Assembly: GCA_002331495.1 (NCBI GenBank)
Contig: DCYR01000003.1
Span: 19,727 to 76,361, forward strand
DNA length: 56,635 bases
Reading direction: 5' to 3'
Source: Patescibacteria group bacterium UBA2105
Lineage (GTDB): Bacteria > Patescibacteriota > Minisyncoccia > Phycocordibacterales > UBA2100
Shown here piece by piece: positions 8,125-16,337 of this stretch (within the stretch, counting starts at the first letter, position 1; each line of letters begins with the position of its first letter). Both the position numbers and the translations under genes were made by a program. The notes under the pieces are model-generated. The model was given only the letters and a program-made list of their open reading frames with translations, was not told the DNA's origin and did not search any database.

Positions 8125-8343
8125 CTACTTCAAAAATTCATCAACAGAAATTTCTAACACGTCTGCAAGTTTTTTCAGACTGCTCACTCGAGGATCTGAA
8201 GTAGAGCCGTTCTCAATCTTTGCAATCGTGTGATAAGCCAGACCTGTTTTCTTACACAGGTCGCTTTGAGATAACCCTCTTTGTTTCTTGAGCGATTTAA
8301 GCTTCGCAGCTATTTTTGATGCAGTTTTCTTTCTCTCGTTCAT
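8125..8343 (-). CDS. XRE-family helix-turn-helix regulator (controller-protein-like position upstream of the methyltransferase)
   Basis: LKKQRGLSQSDLCKKTGLAYHTIAKIENG is a classic HTH_3 signature. The ORF is 72 aa and ends 3 nt before the MTase start. Confidence 0.8.
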   Translation of the reverse strand: MNERKKTASKIAAKLKSLKKQRGLSQSDLCKKTGLAYHTIAKIENGSTSDPRVSSLKKLADVLEISVDEFLK

Positions 8344-8536
8344 ATTGATAAAGTTTTACTCTTATAATTTTATCATATACAAGAAAAAAGAAATGGCAAA
8401 TCATTGGAAAATTGAGGGGATAACCGAGGTACACACCGCTTTATATGGAAGCTAATATCCCACACGATCAGGCCTGATATGCCAATGGATTCATCCAGCG
8501 CGCGGTGAAGTACTTGGCTACTGATTGATCAAGCGA

Positions 8537-8562
8537 GAACCGTCCGGAAGGGCGGTTTTTCG
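8537..8562 (+). terminator. Intrinsic-terminator-like hairpin with no obvious upstream + strand gene
   Basis: AACCGTCC-GGAA-GGGCGGTT is followed by TTTTCGTTT. It has one mismatch in the stem. Confidence 0.4.
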
Positions 8563-8619
8563 TTTAGCGTTTCAGAATTGATACAAAAACGTATTAAAAG
8601 TGAAATATGCTCTCTTCTT

Positions 8620-10596
8620 TTACAGCTTCACTCTTCGGAGTGTAAGCGCATTCGCAACCACAATCACTGTTGAGAGGCTCATGACAAGCGCACCGATTTC
8701 AGGACGCAAGAAGAAGCCCCAGACAGCGAATACTCCAGCTGCTGCAGGAATGGCAATGATATTGTACCCGAGCGCCCATGCAAGGTTCTGAATCATTTTT
8801 GCGTACACTTTCTTTGAGAGCATTATAAGGCGCACGATATCTTGAGGGTCATTGTCGGTTAGCACCACGTCGCCGGATTCAACAGCAACATCTGTTCCTG
8901 CTCCTATAGCAACTCCTGCATCTGCTTGTGTGAGTGCAGGTGCATCATTCACGCCATCGCCCACCATGAGTACTACGCTTCCGTCTTCCTGGAGCTTCTT
9001 GATATGGGTGTATTTATCTTCGGGCAACACGTTTGCAAAGTATGTATCAATACCGAGCTCTTCCGAGACAGACTGCGCGACCTGTTCGTTGTCGCCTGTA
9101 AGCATGGCAACTTTCACATCCATGTCGTGTAGCTTTTGGACCGCCTCTCTTGAAGAGTCTTTGACTGCATCAGAGAGAACCAAGTACCCGAGCACTGTTT
9201 CCTTACTTGCTACAAAAACCAGCGTGCCATTTAGATTGGTAGGAGTAGCAAGATGTAAGTTTAAACTTCGGATCAGGCGTTCGTTTCCTGCAAAGTACTC
9301 TGTACCATTCATCTCCGCTTTCACACCTTGCCCGGCAATATTTTGAAACTTGTCTATATCAGAAACGGACACGTTTTGTGCGCGCGCATAGGCGAGTATT
9401 GATTGCCCGATGATATGCGAAGAGTGCTGTTCGAGAGACGCTGCGATGGAGAGGATGTTGTTTTTATCTTGCTCTGCTAACGAAACAACATCGGTCACGC
9501 CGAATTCTCCTTTAGTGAGCGTTCCTGTCTTGTCGAACACCACGTAATCTGCTTTTCGTATTGTCTCTATCTTTGAAAGGTCCTTAATGAAAAATCCGTT
9601 CTTCACGGCAAGCGACGTGGTAATGGTTGTCACTGTAGGAATCGCAAGACCAAGCGCATGCGGACACGCGATAACCAGCACGGTGATAGCGAGCGTTACG
9701 GCAAACACAAACGGCTGACCGATCACGAGCGTCCACACGAAGAGTGTGCCGAGTGCCGTAATACCAGCAACAAACGTGAGAACAGCGGATGCTTTATCAG
9801 CAATCCTTTGCGATCGCGGTTTTGTTTGTCCAGCTTGGGCTATGAGCTTTTGTATCTGTCCGACTGTAGAGTATTCACCGACACGAGAGAGCTTGATGGT
9901 AAGCGAGCCGTCGAGACAAATGGCTCCGGCAACCACTTGGGCATCCGTTTCTTTCTTCACCGGTTTTGATTCGCCGCTTATAAGCGACTCATCTACGTTT
10001 GCGAACCCTTTGGTAATCGTGCCATCAGCTGGAATCTTCTCGCCCGGCTTCACTATGACAATGTCGCCCTCTTGAAGTTCAGTGATATCAACATCAGTCT
10101 CTACACCATTTTCAAGTTTGTGAGCTTTCTTTGGAAGAAGCTTTGCGACTTCGGAGAGTGCATCTCCTGCAGCAGAGCCTGATTTAGCTTCCAGATAGTG
10201 CCCGAAGAGGAGCACCCACACGAGGGTGGAGATTTCAAGATAAAACTCAGCATGAAGTGAAGTAATAAACGTTGAGGCAACGGAAAACAGGTACCCGCTC
10301 CCAACCGCAAGTGAGACGAGTGTCATCATGCCGTACCTGCGGGATTTTATTTCATGCCATGCGTGCTGAAAGAACACGAGGGCAAAACCAAAGATGACCG
10401 TTGCGATACCGAACTGTATCCACTTGTTAAGTCCGAAGGAGATACCAAGTATCTCTGATATTTTCGGGTGTACGAGCACCAGTGGAATAAGGAGAAATGT
10501 GACAATCCAAAATCGTCTTAGGTACTGCGCGGCAGAGCCGTGACTCATTCCATGTGCTCCATGACTTGTGTGATTGTGATGGTTCCCATGCTCCAT
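8620..10596 (-). CDS. copB: Copper-translocating P1B-type ATPase (CopB/CopA family)
   Basis: It has a His-rich N-terminus MEHGNHHNHTSHGAHGMSHG and the CPH motif (IACPHALGLA). It also has DKTGTLT, GDGVNDAP and TGES-like SGES. Confidence 0.9.
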   Translation of the reverse strand: MEHGNHHNHTSHGAHGMSHGSAAQYLRRFWIVTFLLIPLVLVHPKISEILGISFGLNKWIQFGIATVIFGFALVFFQHAWHEIKSRRYGMMTLVSLAVGSGYLFSVASTFITSLHAEFYLEISTLVWVLLFGHYLEAKSGSAAGDALSEVAKLLPKKAHKLENGVETDVDITELQEGDIVIVKPGEKIPADGTITKGFANVDESLISGESKPVKKETDAQVVAGAICLDGSLTIKLSRVGEYSTVGQIQKLIAQAGQTKPRSQRIADKASAVLTFVAGITALGTLFVWTLVIGQPFVFAVTLAITVLVIACPHALGLAIPTVTTITTSLAVKNGFFIKDLSKIETIRKADYVVFDKTGTLTKGEFGVTDVVSLAEQDKNNILSIAASLEQHSSHIIGQSILAYARAQNVSVSDIDKFQNIAGQGVKAEMNGTEYFAGNERLIRSLNLHLATPTNLNGTLVFVASKETVLGYLVLSDAVKDSSREAVQKLHDMDVKVAMLTGDNEQVAQSVSEELGIDTYFANVLPEDKYTHIKKLQEDGSVVLMVGDGVNDAPALTQADAGVAIGAGTDVAVESGDVVLTDNDPQDIVRLIMLSKKVYAKMIQNLAWALGYNIIAIPAAAGVFAVWGFFLRPEIGALVMSLSTVIVVANALTLRRVKL

Positions 10597-10598
10597 AG

Positions 10599-11096
10599 TT
10601 AGATCGTCATAAATACTTCACCCTTAGCACCATCATGGGTGATTTCATAGATAACAAAGTCAGATGTTTTTGGTCCGGGCATTCCTGGAGAACCTGATGG
10701 CATACCTGCCATGCCGATACCTTTGATGTCGGGCCGTTCAGCCAGTAGCTTTTGAACTGCTTCCTCTGGAACATGCCCCTCAACAACATATCCATCAATC
10801 TCCATCGTGTGGCAACTCTCAAGCTCGTATGGCACATCAAACTGTTCTTTGATCGACTGCATATCTGCTACGCCCTCAATATCAACGCCGTATCCTTTCT
10901 TCTCTAAGTACGCTGCGTATTGCCCACAACATCCACAACTCGGTGACTTATAGATGGTGGCCAAGAGTTCGTTCGCAGGAGCTTCAGAGATTGTTTCTCC
11001 TTTTGGGAGTGTTTGCACCGCCATGACACCGATAACACCAATGACTGCAACAACGAGTACTCCAATAATAAGATTACTTTTCATATTAGTTTTCAT
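10599..11096 (-). CDS. DUF411 (CopG-like) metal-binding protein
   Basis: It has a signal/TM start, KSPSCGCCGQY, ESCHTMEIDGYVVEGHVP and GMAGMPSGSPGMPG, which are typical DUF411 motifs. Confidence 0.7.
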   Translation of the reverse strand: MKTNMKSNLIIGVLVVAVIGVIGVMAVQTLPKGETISEAPANELLATIYKSPSCGCCGQYAAYLEKKGYGVDIEGVADMQSIKEQFDVPYELESCHTMEIDGYVVEGHVPEEAVQKLLAERPDIKGIGMAGMPSGSPGMPGPKTSDFVIYEITHDGAKGEVFMTI

Positions 11097-11517
11097 TGAA
11101 CCATGTTTGTAGCCAACCTTTCATCTGCTCAACTTCAGCTGACTGACTTGCAATGATGTTGTTTGCAAGTTGAACGAGCTCAAGACGATCAGTTTGTTGA
11201 AGTAGGTTCTCTGACATTCTAATTGCACCAAGATGATGTACGATCATGCCGCGAAGCCATGCCTCCTCGTATGCATCACCAGTTTGTCCGCGACCAATAA
11301 GCATCATTTCATCCATCATGTGCATCAATTCGCCATCACCGTTCACGATCTCATCTTCATAGTAGCCTCCCATGTGTTCCTCCATTTCCTCGTACATAGA
11401 CTCATTCGAGAAGAATCCTCGGTGCGGCATATTGTTTGCGCCGAAGAAGTAGCCGAGCAGAAGTCCGACAATAAGGACGAGAAGACCGATAATGATTGTT
11501 TGATTTTTATTTTCCAT
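11086..11517 (-). CDS. DUF305 family protein (metal-resistance associated)
   Basis: It has an N-terminal TM segment. AWLRGMIVHHLGAIRMS and ANNIIASQSAEVEQMKGWL match the DUF305 pattern MIxHHxxAI ... QxxEIxxM. Confidence 0.65.
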   Translation of the reverse strand: MENKNQTIIIGLLVLIVGLLLGYFFGANNMPHRGFFSNESMYEEMEEHMGGYYEDEIVNGDGELMHMMDEMMLIGRGQTGDAYEEAWLRGMIVHHLGAIRMSENLLQQTDRLELVQLANNIIASQSAEVEQMKGWLQTWFNEN

Positions 11518-11518
11518 A

Positions 11519-11788
11519 TTATTTTTTCTTAGCTTTATTAAATATGCTGATAATTTCGCTGATCGCTTTTTTCTCCTGCCCCTGTTTCATTTGATGAATG
11601 ACGTGCTCGGAGAGGTGATTTTCAAGCATCAGATCCTCAACGGCCGAGAGAGCGCTGCGTACTGCGGATGACTGCGTAATGATATCCACGCAGTATTGCT
11701 CTTCATCGACCATTTTCAGGAGTCCGCGTACCTGACCCTCGACACGCCGGAGACGATTTTGCACCTGTTTTTTAGTGGCTGCTTTCAT
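11519..11788 (-). CDS. csoR: CsoR/RcnR-family copper-sensing repressor
   Basis: The sequence is NRLRRVEGQVRGLLKMVDEEQYCVDIITQSSAVRSALSAVEDLMLENHL. The start is taken at MKAATKK (11788). An alternative ATG lies at 11797. Confidence 0.8.
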   Translation of the reverse strand: MKAATKKQVQNRLRRVEGQVRGLLKMVDEEQYCVDIITQSSAVRSALSAVEDLMLENHLSEHVIHQMKQGQEKKAISEIISIFNKAKKK

Positions 11789-11795
11789 ACGTAGC

Positions 11796-11819
11796 ATATT
11801 ATACCCCCATGGGGTATAT
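11796..11819. promoter_or_regulatory. CsoR-type operator overlapping the -10 box of the copper operon
   Basis: The pseudo-palindrome ATATTATACCCCCATGGGGTATAT has an ATACCCCC/GGGGTAT core. On the coding strand GGGGGTATAAT lies 9 nt before the ATG at 11788. Confidence 0.55.
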
Positions 11820-12068
11820 GCACACAAGCAGCGTTGTGGAAACGTGTTCGTACCCATTCTAAACACACGCACTTATTGCAGTTGCTTAGCATTTAATCGT
11901 TTCGTGCCTCTCGCATGTAGCTTGGAATGACCGGAGTGAATCCTGCGCGTTCCTGCGCTTTGCGTGAGATCTCCCAATAGTCCCACTCTATGGCGGTTCT
12001 AATGCGTCTCATGCCGTCGAGCCAGTCAGAACAATCAAGGCAAAAAAAGTTAACCTTTTACTTGGCAT

Positions 12069-12095
12069 TGACACCACTTTAAAAGGTGGTACGAT
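12069..12095 (+). promoter_or_regulatory. Promoter with an embedded small palindrome upstream of the GC-rich gene
   Basis: TTGACA lies at 12069-12074. The spacer contains ACCAC-TTTAAAAG-GTGGT. TACGAT/ACGATC serves as a weak -10. Confidence 0.35.
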
Positions 12096-12133
12096 CTTGT
12101 CGGATTCAAAACTTGGTAGTAAAGGAGATTTAC

Positions 12134-12652
12134 ATGAGTCAGCGACTCACTCCCAAGTTCCTCACGGCCGAGGTCGTCCAAACCGCGGTTAGTATGGTTT
12201 TGGGTGGATTCATGTTCAATGGCAAAATGGACATGGTCCTCAATAGGAAGATGTGCCACATCGTGGTGGTCGTTCCGGCCGGCGAGGAAGCGCGTAATTC
12301 AGACTGGCCAGACTATTCGGTAACACCGAATTGCATTTTTGAAGCCAGTGTTGGCAACAAAAGTGACTGGCCGCACGAGTTCGACGAGATCGCGCGGAGC
12401 AAGGCGCGGCAGCTCTGGCGCGGACAGAACACCGACGGCAACACCGACTCAATGGCGCACCTGCTGTTTCCTGGTGACACTCCCTATTGGGGCGGTGTCA
12501 AGCGACATGGTATCGTAGTGGCCTGCTCTGGCGTGCAGCCCTACTTCGACCAGATGATCTCGGGCATGATCGCCGACGCCATCAAGGCATTCGCGCGGTT
12601 TCACTTCGAGAACAGCGCGGACAAAAAGGAGGAGCGCTCCTTTCTGGAGTAA
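12134..12652 (+). CDS. GC-rich hypothetical protein, GlcG/HbpS (DUF336)-like (tentative)
   Basis: The SD AAAGGAG lies 7 nt before the ATG at 12134. HIVVVVP, IARSKARQLWRG and WGGVKRHGIVVACSGVQPYFDQ loosely follow the DUF336 pattern. Composition is far more GC-rich than the flanks. Confidence 0.45.
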   Translation: MSQRLTPKFLTAEVVQTAVSMVLGGFMFNGKMDMVLNRKMCHIVVVVPAGEEARNSDWPDYSVTPNCIFEASVGNKSDWPHEFDEIARSKARQLWRGQNTDGNTDSMAHLLFPGDTPYWGGVKRHGIVVACSGVQPYFDQMISGMIADAIKAFARFHFENSADKKEERSFLE

Positions 12653-12674
12653 TGGCCAGAGCATACAACTCGCA

Positions 12675-12717
12675 AAAACAACCCGCAGGGTTCGCTTCTG
12701 CGGGTTGTTTTTGTTTT
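12675..12717 (+). terminator. Intrinsic terminator
   Basis: AACAACCCGCAG-GGTTCGCTT-CTGCGGGTTGTT is followed by TTTGTTTT. Confidence 0.75.
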
Positions 12718-13084
12718 GAAAACCACAGGCACGTGAATGGCTTCTCTTTGGGGAGAGAAAAACTGACTCAATCCCAATGTACGGATAACTTAGCGAACGC
12801 AAGCAGCAAATTTTTGGGCTGTCGCATATATGCGATTGCTATCCTTGCTGAATTAGTAAAGTGCGTGTATTCTCCACTCTGTAGCATAGCGATTTACCAT
12901 TAAAATATTGGTCAAAAAATATGGCGAAGAGAAATACTGGAATTGAAAAAATGAAAAAAACGAGGGGGCGTAAGACTAAGAAACGGCTTGCCGCAAAACA
13001 TGCCATGCTTGCGGAGCGCTCTGCAAAAAAACGTAGCTAGCAAAAAACCACTTGCGAGTAGCTTTTTTACTATTGTATTGTGTA

Positions 13085-13112
13085 TTGACAAATAATCCCA
13101 GTGCGTTATAGT
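13085..13112 (+). promoter_or_regulatory. Sigma-70 promoter of the cold-shock gene, followed by a ~95-nt leader
   Basis: TTGACA (13085-13090), a 16-nt spacer, then TATAGT (13107-13112). Confidence 0.6.
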
Positions 13113-13209
13113 CACCGCTAATCAAGGAGCTCCTACAAGAGGCAGACTAAGTCGGGTTTGACGTTTTCTAGGCTATTTTTGATGTTTTATTCACTTAGTT
13201 CGCACGAAA

Positions 13210-13410
13210 ATGCAAACAGGAACCATCGCCCGCATCATGGACAAAGGCTTCGGCTTTATCAAGGTGGAGGGAAACGACAAGGACCTTTTCTTTCACTCAA
13301 ACGAACTTCAGAATGTAGCATTTGACGACCTCAATGAGGGAGACACTGTTGAGTTTGAAGTTGCCGAGAGTGACAAGGGCCCAAACGCAGTTAAAGTTAG
13401 CCGCGTTTAA
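13210..13410 (+). CDS. cspA: Cold-shock protein, CspA family
   Basis: GTIARIMDKGFGFIKVEGNDKDLFFHSNEL carries RNP1/RNP2-like motifs. The ORF is 66 aa. Confidence 0.9.
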   Translation: MQTGTIARIMDKGFGFIKVEGNDKDLFFHSNELQNVAFDDLNEGDTVEFEVAESDKGPNAVKVSRV

Positions 13411-13418
13411 TATAAACA

Positions 13419-13455
13419 AAAAACACAACGCCCCAGGGCGTTGTGTTTTTTGTTT
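13419..13455 (+). terminator. Intrinsic terminator of cspA
   Basis: ACACAACGCC-CCAG-GGCGTTGTGT is followed by TTTTTTGTTTT. Confidence 0.8.
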
Positions 13456-13736
13456 TGGTATACCATTCATGCCATAAGCTCTTCAGTAGACTATTCAAAA
13501 ATCGCCTTGGAATATTTAATCTTGAAGGAAGATAACGGCACACACTGCTCTCTGTCTCCCCGACCCTAAAGATTCTCCTTATACAGAAAGGACTGAAAAG
13601 ACATTGGTGCTGGTACTAATCAAAAACTGTACAGGGACCAGGGCGCCATCAAACCCGACAATGTTCTGAATTGACCACGTACCCCTTCGGCTCCCAGGCG
13701 GTTTTCTTTATCTTCTATTTTGTTAGCATTTGATAA

Positions 13737-14792
13737 ATGACCATTCCCCAACAACTACTTCCATATCTCAAATATGCGCCGGTTGCTGCGCTGTTGTTTG
13801 GCCTGGCTTTTGACATTTTCACGCTCGATAAGCCAGATGCTCTTTTCGAGAATGTCGTCATCATCGGTTACTTGACTTTGAGTGCTGTTGCAATGGCGGC
13901 GCTGCAGTCTGATATTGGGAAAGCAACGGAAGGGAGACGGATATTTCTTCTTTCCACGTTGCAGTTTAGCTTCGGCAACCTTGCTAGTGCCCTTATGGTG
14001 CTCTATGCGCGCAGTGGGACATTCGCCGGCGGTGCGATATTTGTTGGGATGCTGGCTCTTTTATTCTTAAGTAATGAGCTTCTGCGCGACCGCTACGCAC
14101 GAACTCACTTGCGTGTGGTGATCTGGTTTGTGCTGCTTCTCACCTACAGCACCCTCATCGTGCCTGTGTATCTGGGAGCGATGGGACTATTTGCTTTTGC
14201 CGTTAGCGTGTTTTTGGCGCTCGGAGTAACTCTATTGCTGGTGTTTCTACTCTCGATAATCACGTACGCATCGTTTAACGAACATGCTCATAAGATAACT
14301 ACTTCAATAGTGATCACAACGACTGCATTTGTAGGTTTGTATTTTTTGAACTTAATACCACCTGTTCCGCTTGCTCTTAAGCACGTAGGAATTTATCACA
14401 GTGTAGTGGCCGCAGAAGGCTCTTATTCTGTAACATATGAACCCCCCGCGTGGTACGAGTTTTGGCGCGACACAAATCGTGTGTACACACAACAAGCCGG
14501 GGCCCCGGCTTTCTGTTTCAGTTCTGTATATGCACCCAGCGCACTTGAAACTGAAATTCGTCACCGCTGGGAAAAGTACGACGAAGTGCAGGACGAATGG
14601 ATCACCGTTGCTCGTATTCCGTTTCCAATACTTGGTGGACGCGAGCAAGGCTTCCGTGGATACACGCAAACTTCGCAAATTAGAGAGGGAAGGTGGCGTT
14701 GCAGTGTTGAAACCTCGCGGGGTACGCTGGTGGGCCGAACAACATTTACCGTAATCCAAGGAATTCCTTCGCTAGAAGAAACGAGCTTCTAG
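13737..14792 (+). CDS. Polytopic membrane protein with a C-terminal DUF2914-like domain
   Basis: It has about 7 hydrophobic segments. The soluble C-terminus carries RHRWEKYD..., GGREQGFRGYT and GRWRCSVETSRGTLVGRTTFTV, resembling DUF2914. Confidence 0.55.
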   Translation: MTIPQQLLPYLKYAPVAALLFGLAFDIFTLDKPDALFENVVIIGYLTLSAVAMAALQSDIGKATEGRRIFLLSTLQFSFGNLASALMVLYARSGTFAGGAIFVGMLALLFLSNELLRDRYARTHLRVVIWFVLLLTYSTLIVPVYLGAMGLFAFAVSVFLALGVTLLLVFLLSIITYASFNEHAHKITTSIVITTTAFVGLYFLNLIPPVPLALKHVGIYHSVVAAEGSYSVTYEPPAWYEFWRDTNRVYTQQAGAPAFCFSSVYAPSALETEIRHRWEKYDEVQDEWITVARIPFPILGGREQGFRGYTQTSQIREGRWRCSVETSRGTLVGRTTFTVIQGIPSLEETSF

Positions 14793-15007
14793 CGGTAATG
14801 CGAAGAACGCTCTCGCTCTATGGTCTCCGCGCGAGCCACCGCCTCATGTGGCTCGATGTCGCCGCTTCGCAGCTCATTGCGTATGTCGTTGAGTGCATCT
14901 ACCTCAGAATCTACTGGCCCCATACGTATTTGCTGCTCCACCACGGCTATTCGTGCGAGAGCCTCGGACAGAGTCGTCTTATTTTCAGAGCCGGGAGTTC
15001 TTTCCAT
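14789..15007 (-). CDS. Hypothetical protein (72 aa)
   Basis: This is an ORF only. It converges on, and overlaps by 4 nt, the end of 13737-14792. Confidence 0.3.
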   Translation of the reverse strand: MERTPGSENKTTLSEALARIAVVEQQIRMGPVDSEVDALNDIRNELRSGDIEPHEAVARAETIERERSSHYR

Positions 15008-15093
15008 ACGAAGACTATAGCATATTGCACCGAGGAGAGGTTCTCTGCTATATTAAAAACAGGTCAATAAGCTACCGAAAGGGGGTGAAGATA

Positions 15094-15372
15094 TTGGGTG
15101 ATTCTCTAGATACAAGAGTAGACCGGGCAAATCGGATGTTGAGGGAAGGTCAGGTTACTACACGATATCTCGCATCGATAAAAGCCGTCGAGGCGGAGGG
15201 AATAACCCACCCACCCGACGTGGCCAGAATTTCGAAGGAAATACGCTCGGAGTTGTCTAGAAAAGCCAATGAGGCAAAGAAAGCAAAGAAGAAACGCGAG
15301 CGTGAAAATCGCGATGCAGAATTTGCTAAGCTCCACCGTTCAACAAATGAAGATGTCTATCCAATTGATTGA
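15094..15372 (+). CDS. Hypothetical Lys/Glu-rich protein (start uncertain)
   Basis: The SD-like AAGGGGG lies 8 nt before an in-frame TTG at 15094. Alternative starts are GTG 15085 and ATG 15136. No motif was recognised. Confidence 0.3.
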   Translation: MGDSLDTRVDRANRMLREGQVTTRYLASIKAVEAEGITHPPDVARISKEIRSELSRKANEAKKAKKKRERENRDAEFAKLHRSTNEDVYPID

Positions 15373-15665
15373 TGGGCAACCACAACTGCCGCCGGACACA
15401 GGTTCTGGTGGCATTTTTTTGCATAACAAAACCCCGCAGCATGCTGCGGGGTTTCGCGACCTCGGTCAGTCTCCAGCACAGAAAATGCCGCCTCGATGTC
15501 TCAAGCATCGGACGGCACGACAAACGCAACATGGAGAGCGCCATGAGCACCTGCCGGATAGCGCACTGTGAAACAGTGCGCACACATAAGAAATCCTATC
15601 ATAATCAGGAGCTTGACACCCAAAGTGATGTGTCGTTCAGGTACATCCTTTGCAGGCATGGCGCG

Positions 15666-16337
15666 TTACCACTGTATGGGTTCTTCCCCCCTGTTTTTCA
15701 AATATTCATTTGCTCGTGAGAAGTGTTTGCAGCCGAAGAAGCCACTGTGCGCTGAGAATGGCGACGGGTGTGCTGCCTCAAGGACCAGGTGCTTGCCCCA
15801 GTCGATGTCTTTTCCTTTATCTTTTGCATATCTGCCCCACAGCATAAACACTACTCCCTCGCGTTCTTCCGAAAGCACCCTGACGACAGCGTTAGTAAAC
15901 TCTTCCCATCCTCTTCCTTGGTGACTTCCGGCCTCTCGCGCACGAACAGTTAATGTTGCGTTCAGCAATAGCACTCCCTGTCTCGCCCAACGTTCTAAGT
16001 CACCATTTTTTTCGACAGAATGCCCGAGGTCGCTTTCTATTTCCTTAAAGATGTTTTGCAATGATGGCGGCAAAGCCGTCCCTTCATTCACCGCAAAGCA
16101 CAGCCCGTTCGCTTGTCCTGGGCCGTGGTAGGGATCTTGCCCGAGTATCACCACCTTAACGTCGTCGAATGGACACAGGTTAAATGCCCTGAACATATCG
16201 CGCGGATGAGGAAAGACATTCTTGTTTGCATATTCATTGTGGACAAACGAACGGAGCGCTTTGAAATACTCCCTTCCAAATTCGCTTGAGAGCTTCTGTT
16301 TCCACGATTGTTCTAGCTGTATAGAGTCCGTATTCAT
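15666..16337 (-). CDS. ung: Uracil-DNA glycosylase, family 1
   Basis: Motifs VVILGQDPYHGPGQANGLCF, GVLLLNATLTV and AAHPSPFSA. Confidence 0.9.
   Translation of the reverse strand: MNTDSIQLEQSWKQKLSSEFGREYFKALRSFVHNEYANKNVFPHPRDMFRAFNLCPFDDVKVVILGQDPYHGPGQANGLCFAVNEGTALPPSLQNIFKEIESDLGHSVEKNGDLERWARQGVLLLNATLTVRAREAGSHQGRGWEEFTNAVVRVLSEEREGVVFMLWGRYAKDKGKDIDWGKHLVLEAAHPSPFSAHSGFFGCKHFSRANEYLKNRGEEPIQW

Larger units (their letters stand above)
1..8562. mobile_element. Putative integrated element: recombinase, iterons, phage/plasmid-like small genes, and an AT-rich helicase/ParB/Dam cassette
   Basis: It holds a tRNA-like end, a large serine recombinase, an iteron-like array next to a wHTH gene, small phage-type ORFs, and an AT-rich cassette without SD sequences. 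An orphan terminator lies near 8537-8562. The right boundary is not defined by any repeat I could see. Confidence 0.4.

Noticed and set aside
11893-12012. 39-codon minus-strand ORF (MRRIRTAIEWDYWEISRKAQERAGFTPVIPSYMREARND) upstream of csoR
   Set aside because: It has no recognisable motif or clear translation signals. It may be a gene remnant, and the evidence is insufficient.
12921-13040. 39-codon + strand ORF encoding a very basic peptide (MAKRNTGIEKMKKTRGRKTKKRLAAKHAMLAERSAKKRS)
   Set aside because: It has no SD and no recognisable family, and it is too short to support from sequence alone. It could be real, perhaps as a small ribosome-associated protein, but I cannot back the call.
13456-13736. 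A 280-nt non-coding gap containing TGAAGGAAGATAAC, vaguely like the SRP RNA GGAAGGAAGCAGCC motif
   Set aside because: Only 9 of 14 positions match. The 5' partner strand (CAGGUCC-type) and the helix context are absent. I cannot support any RNA-gene call.
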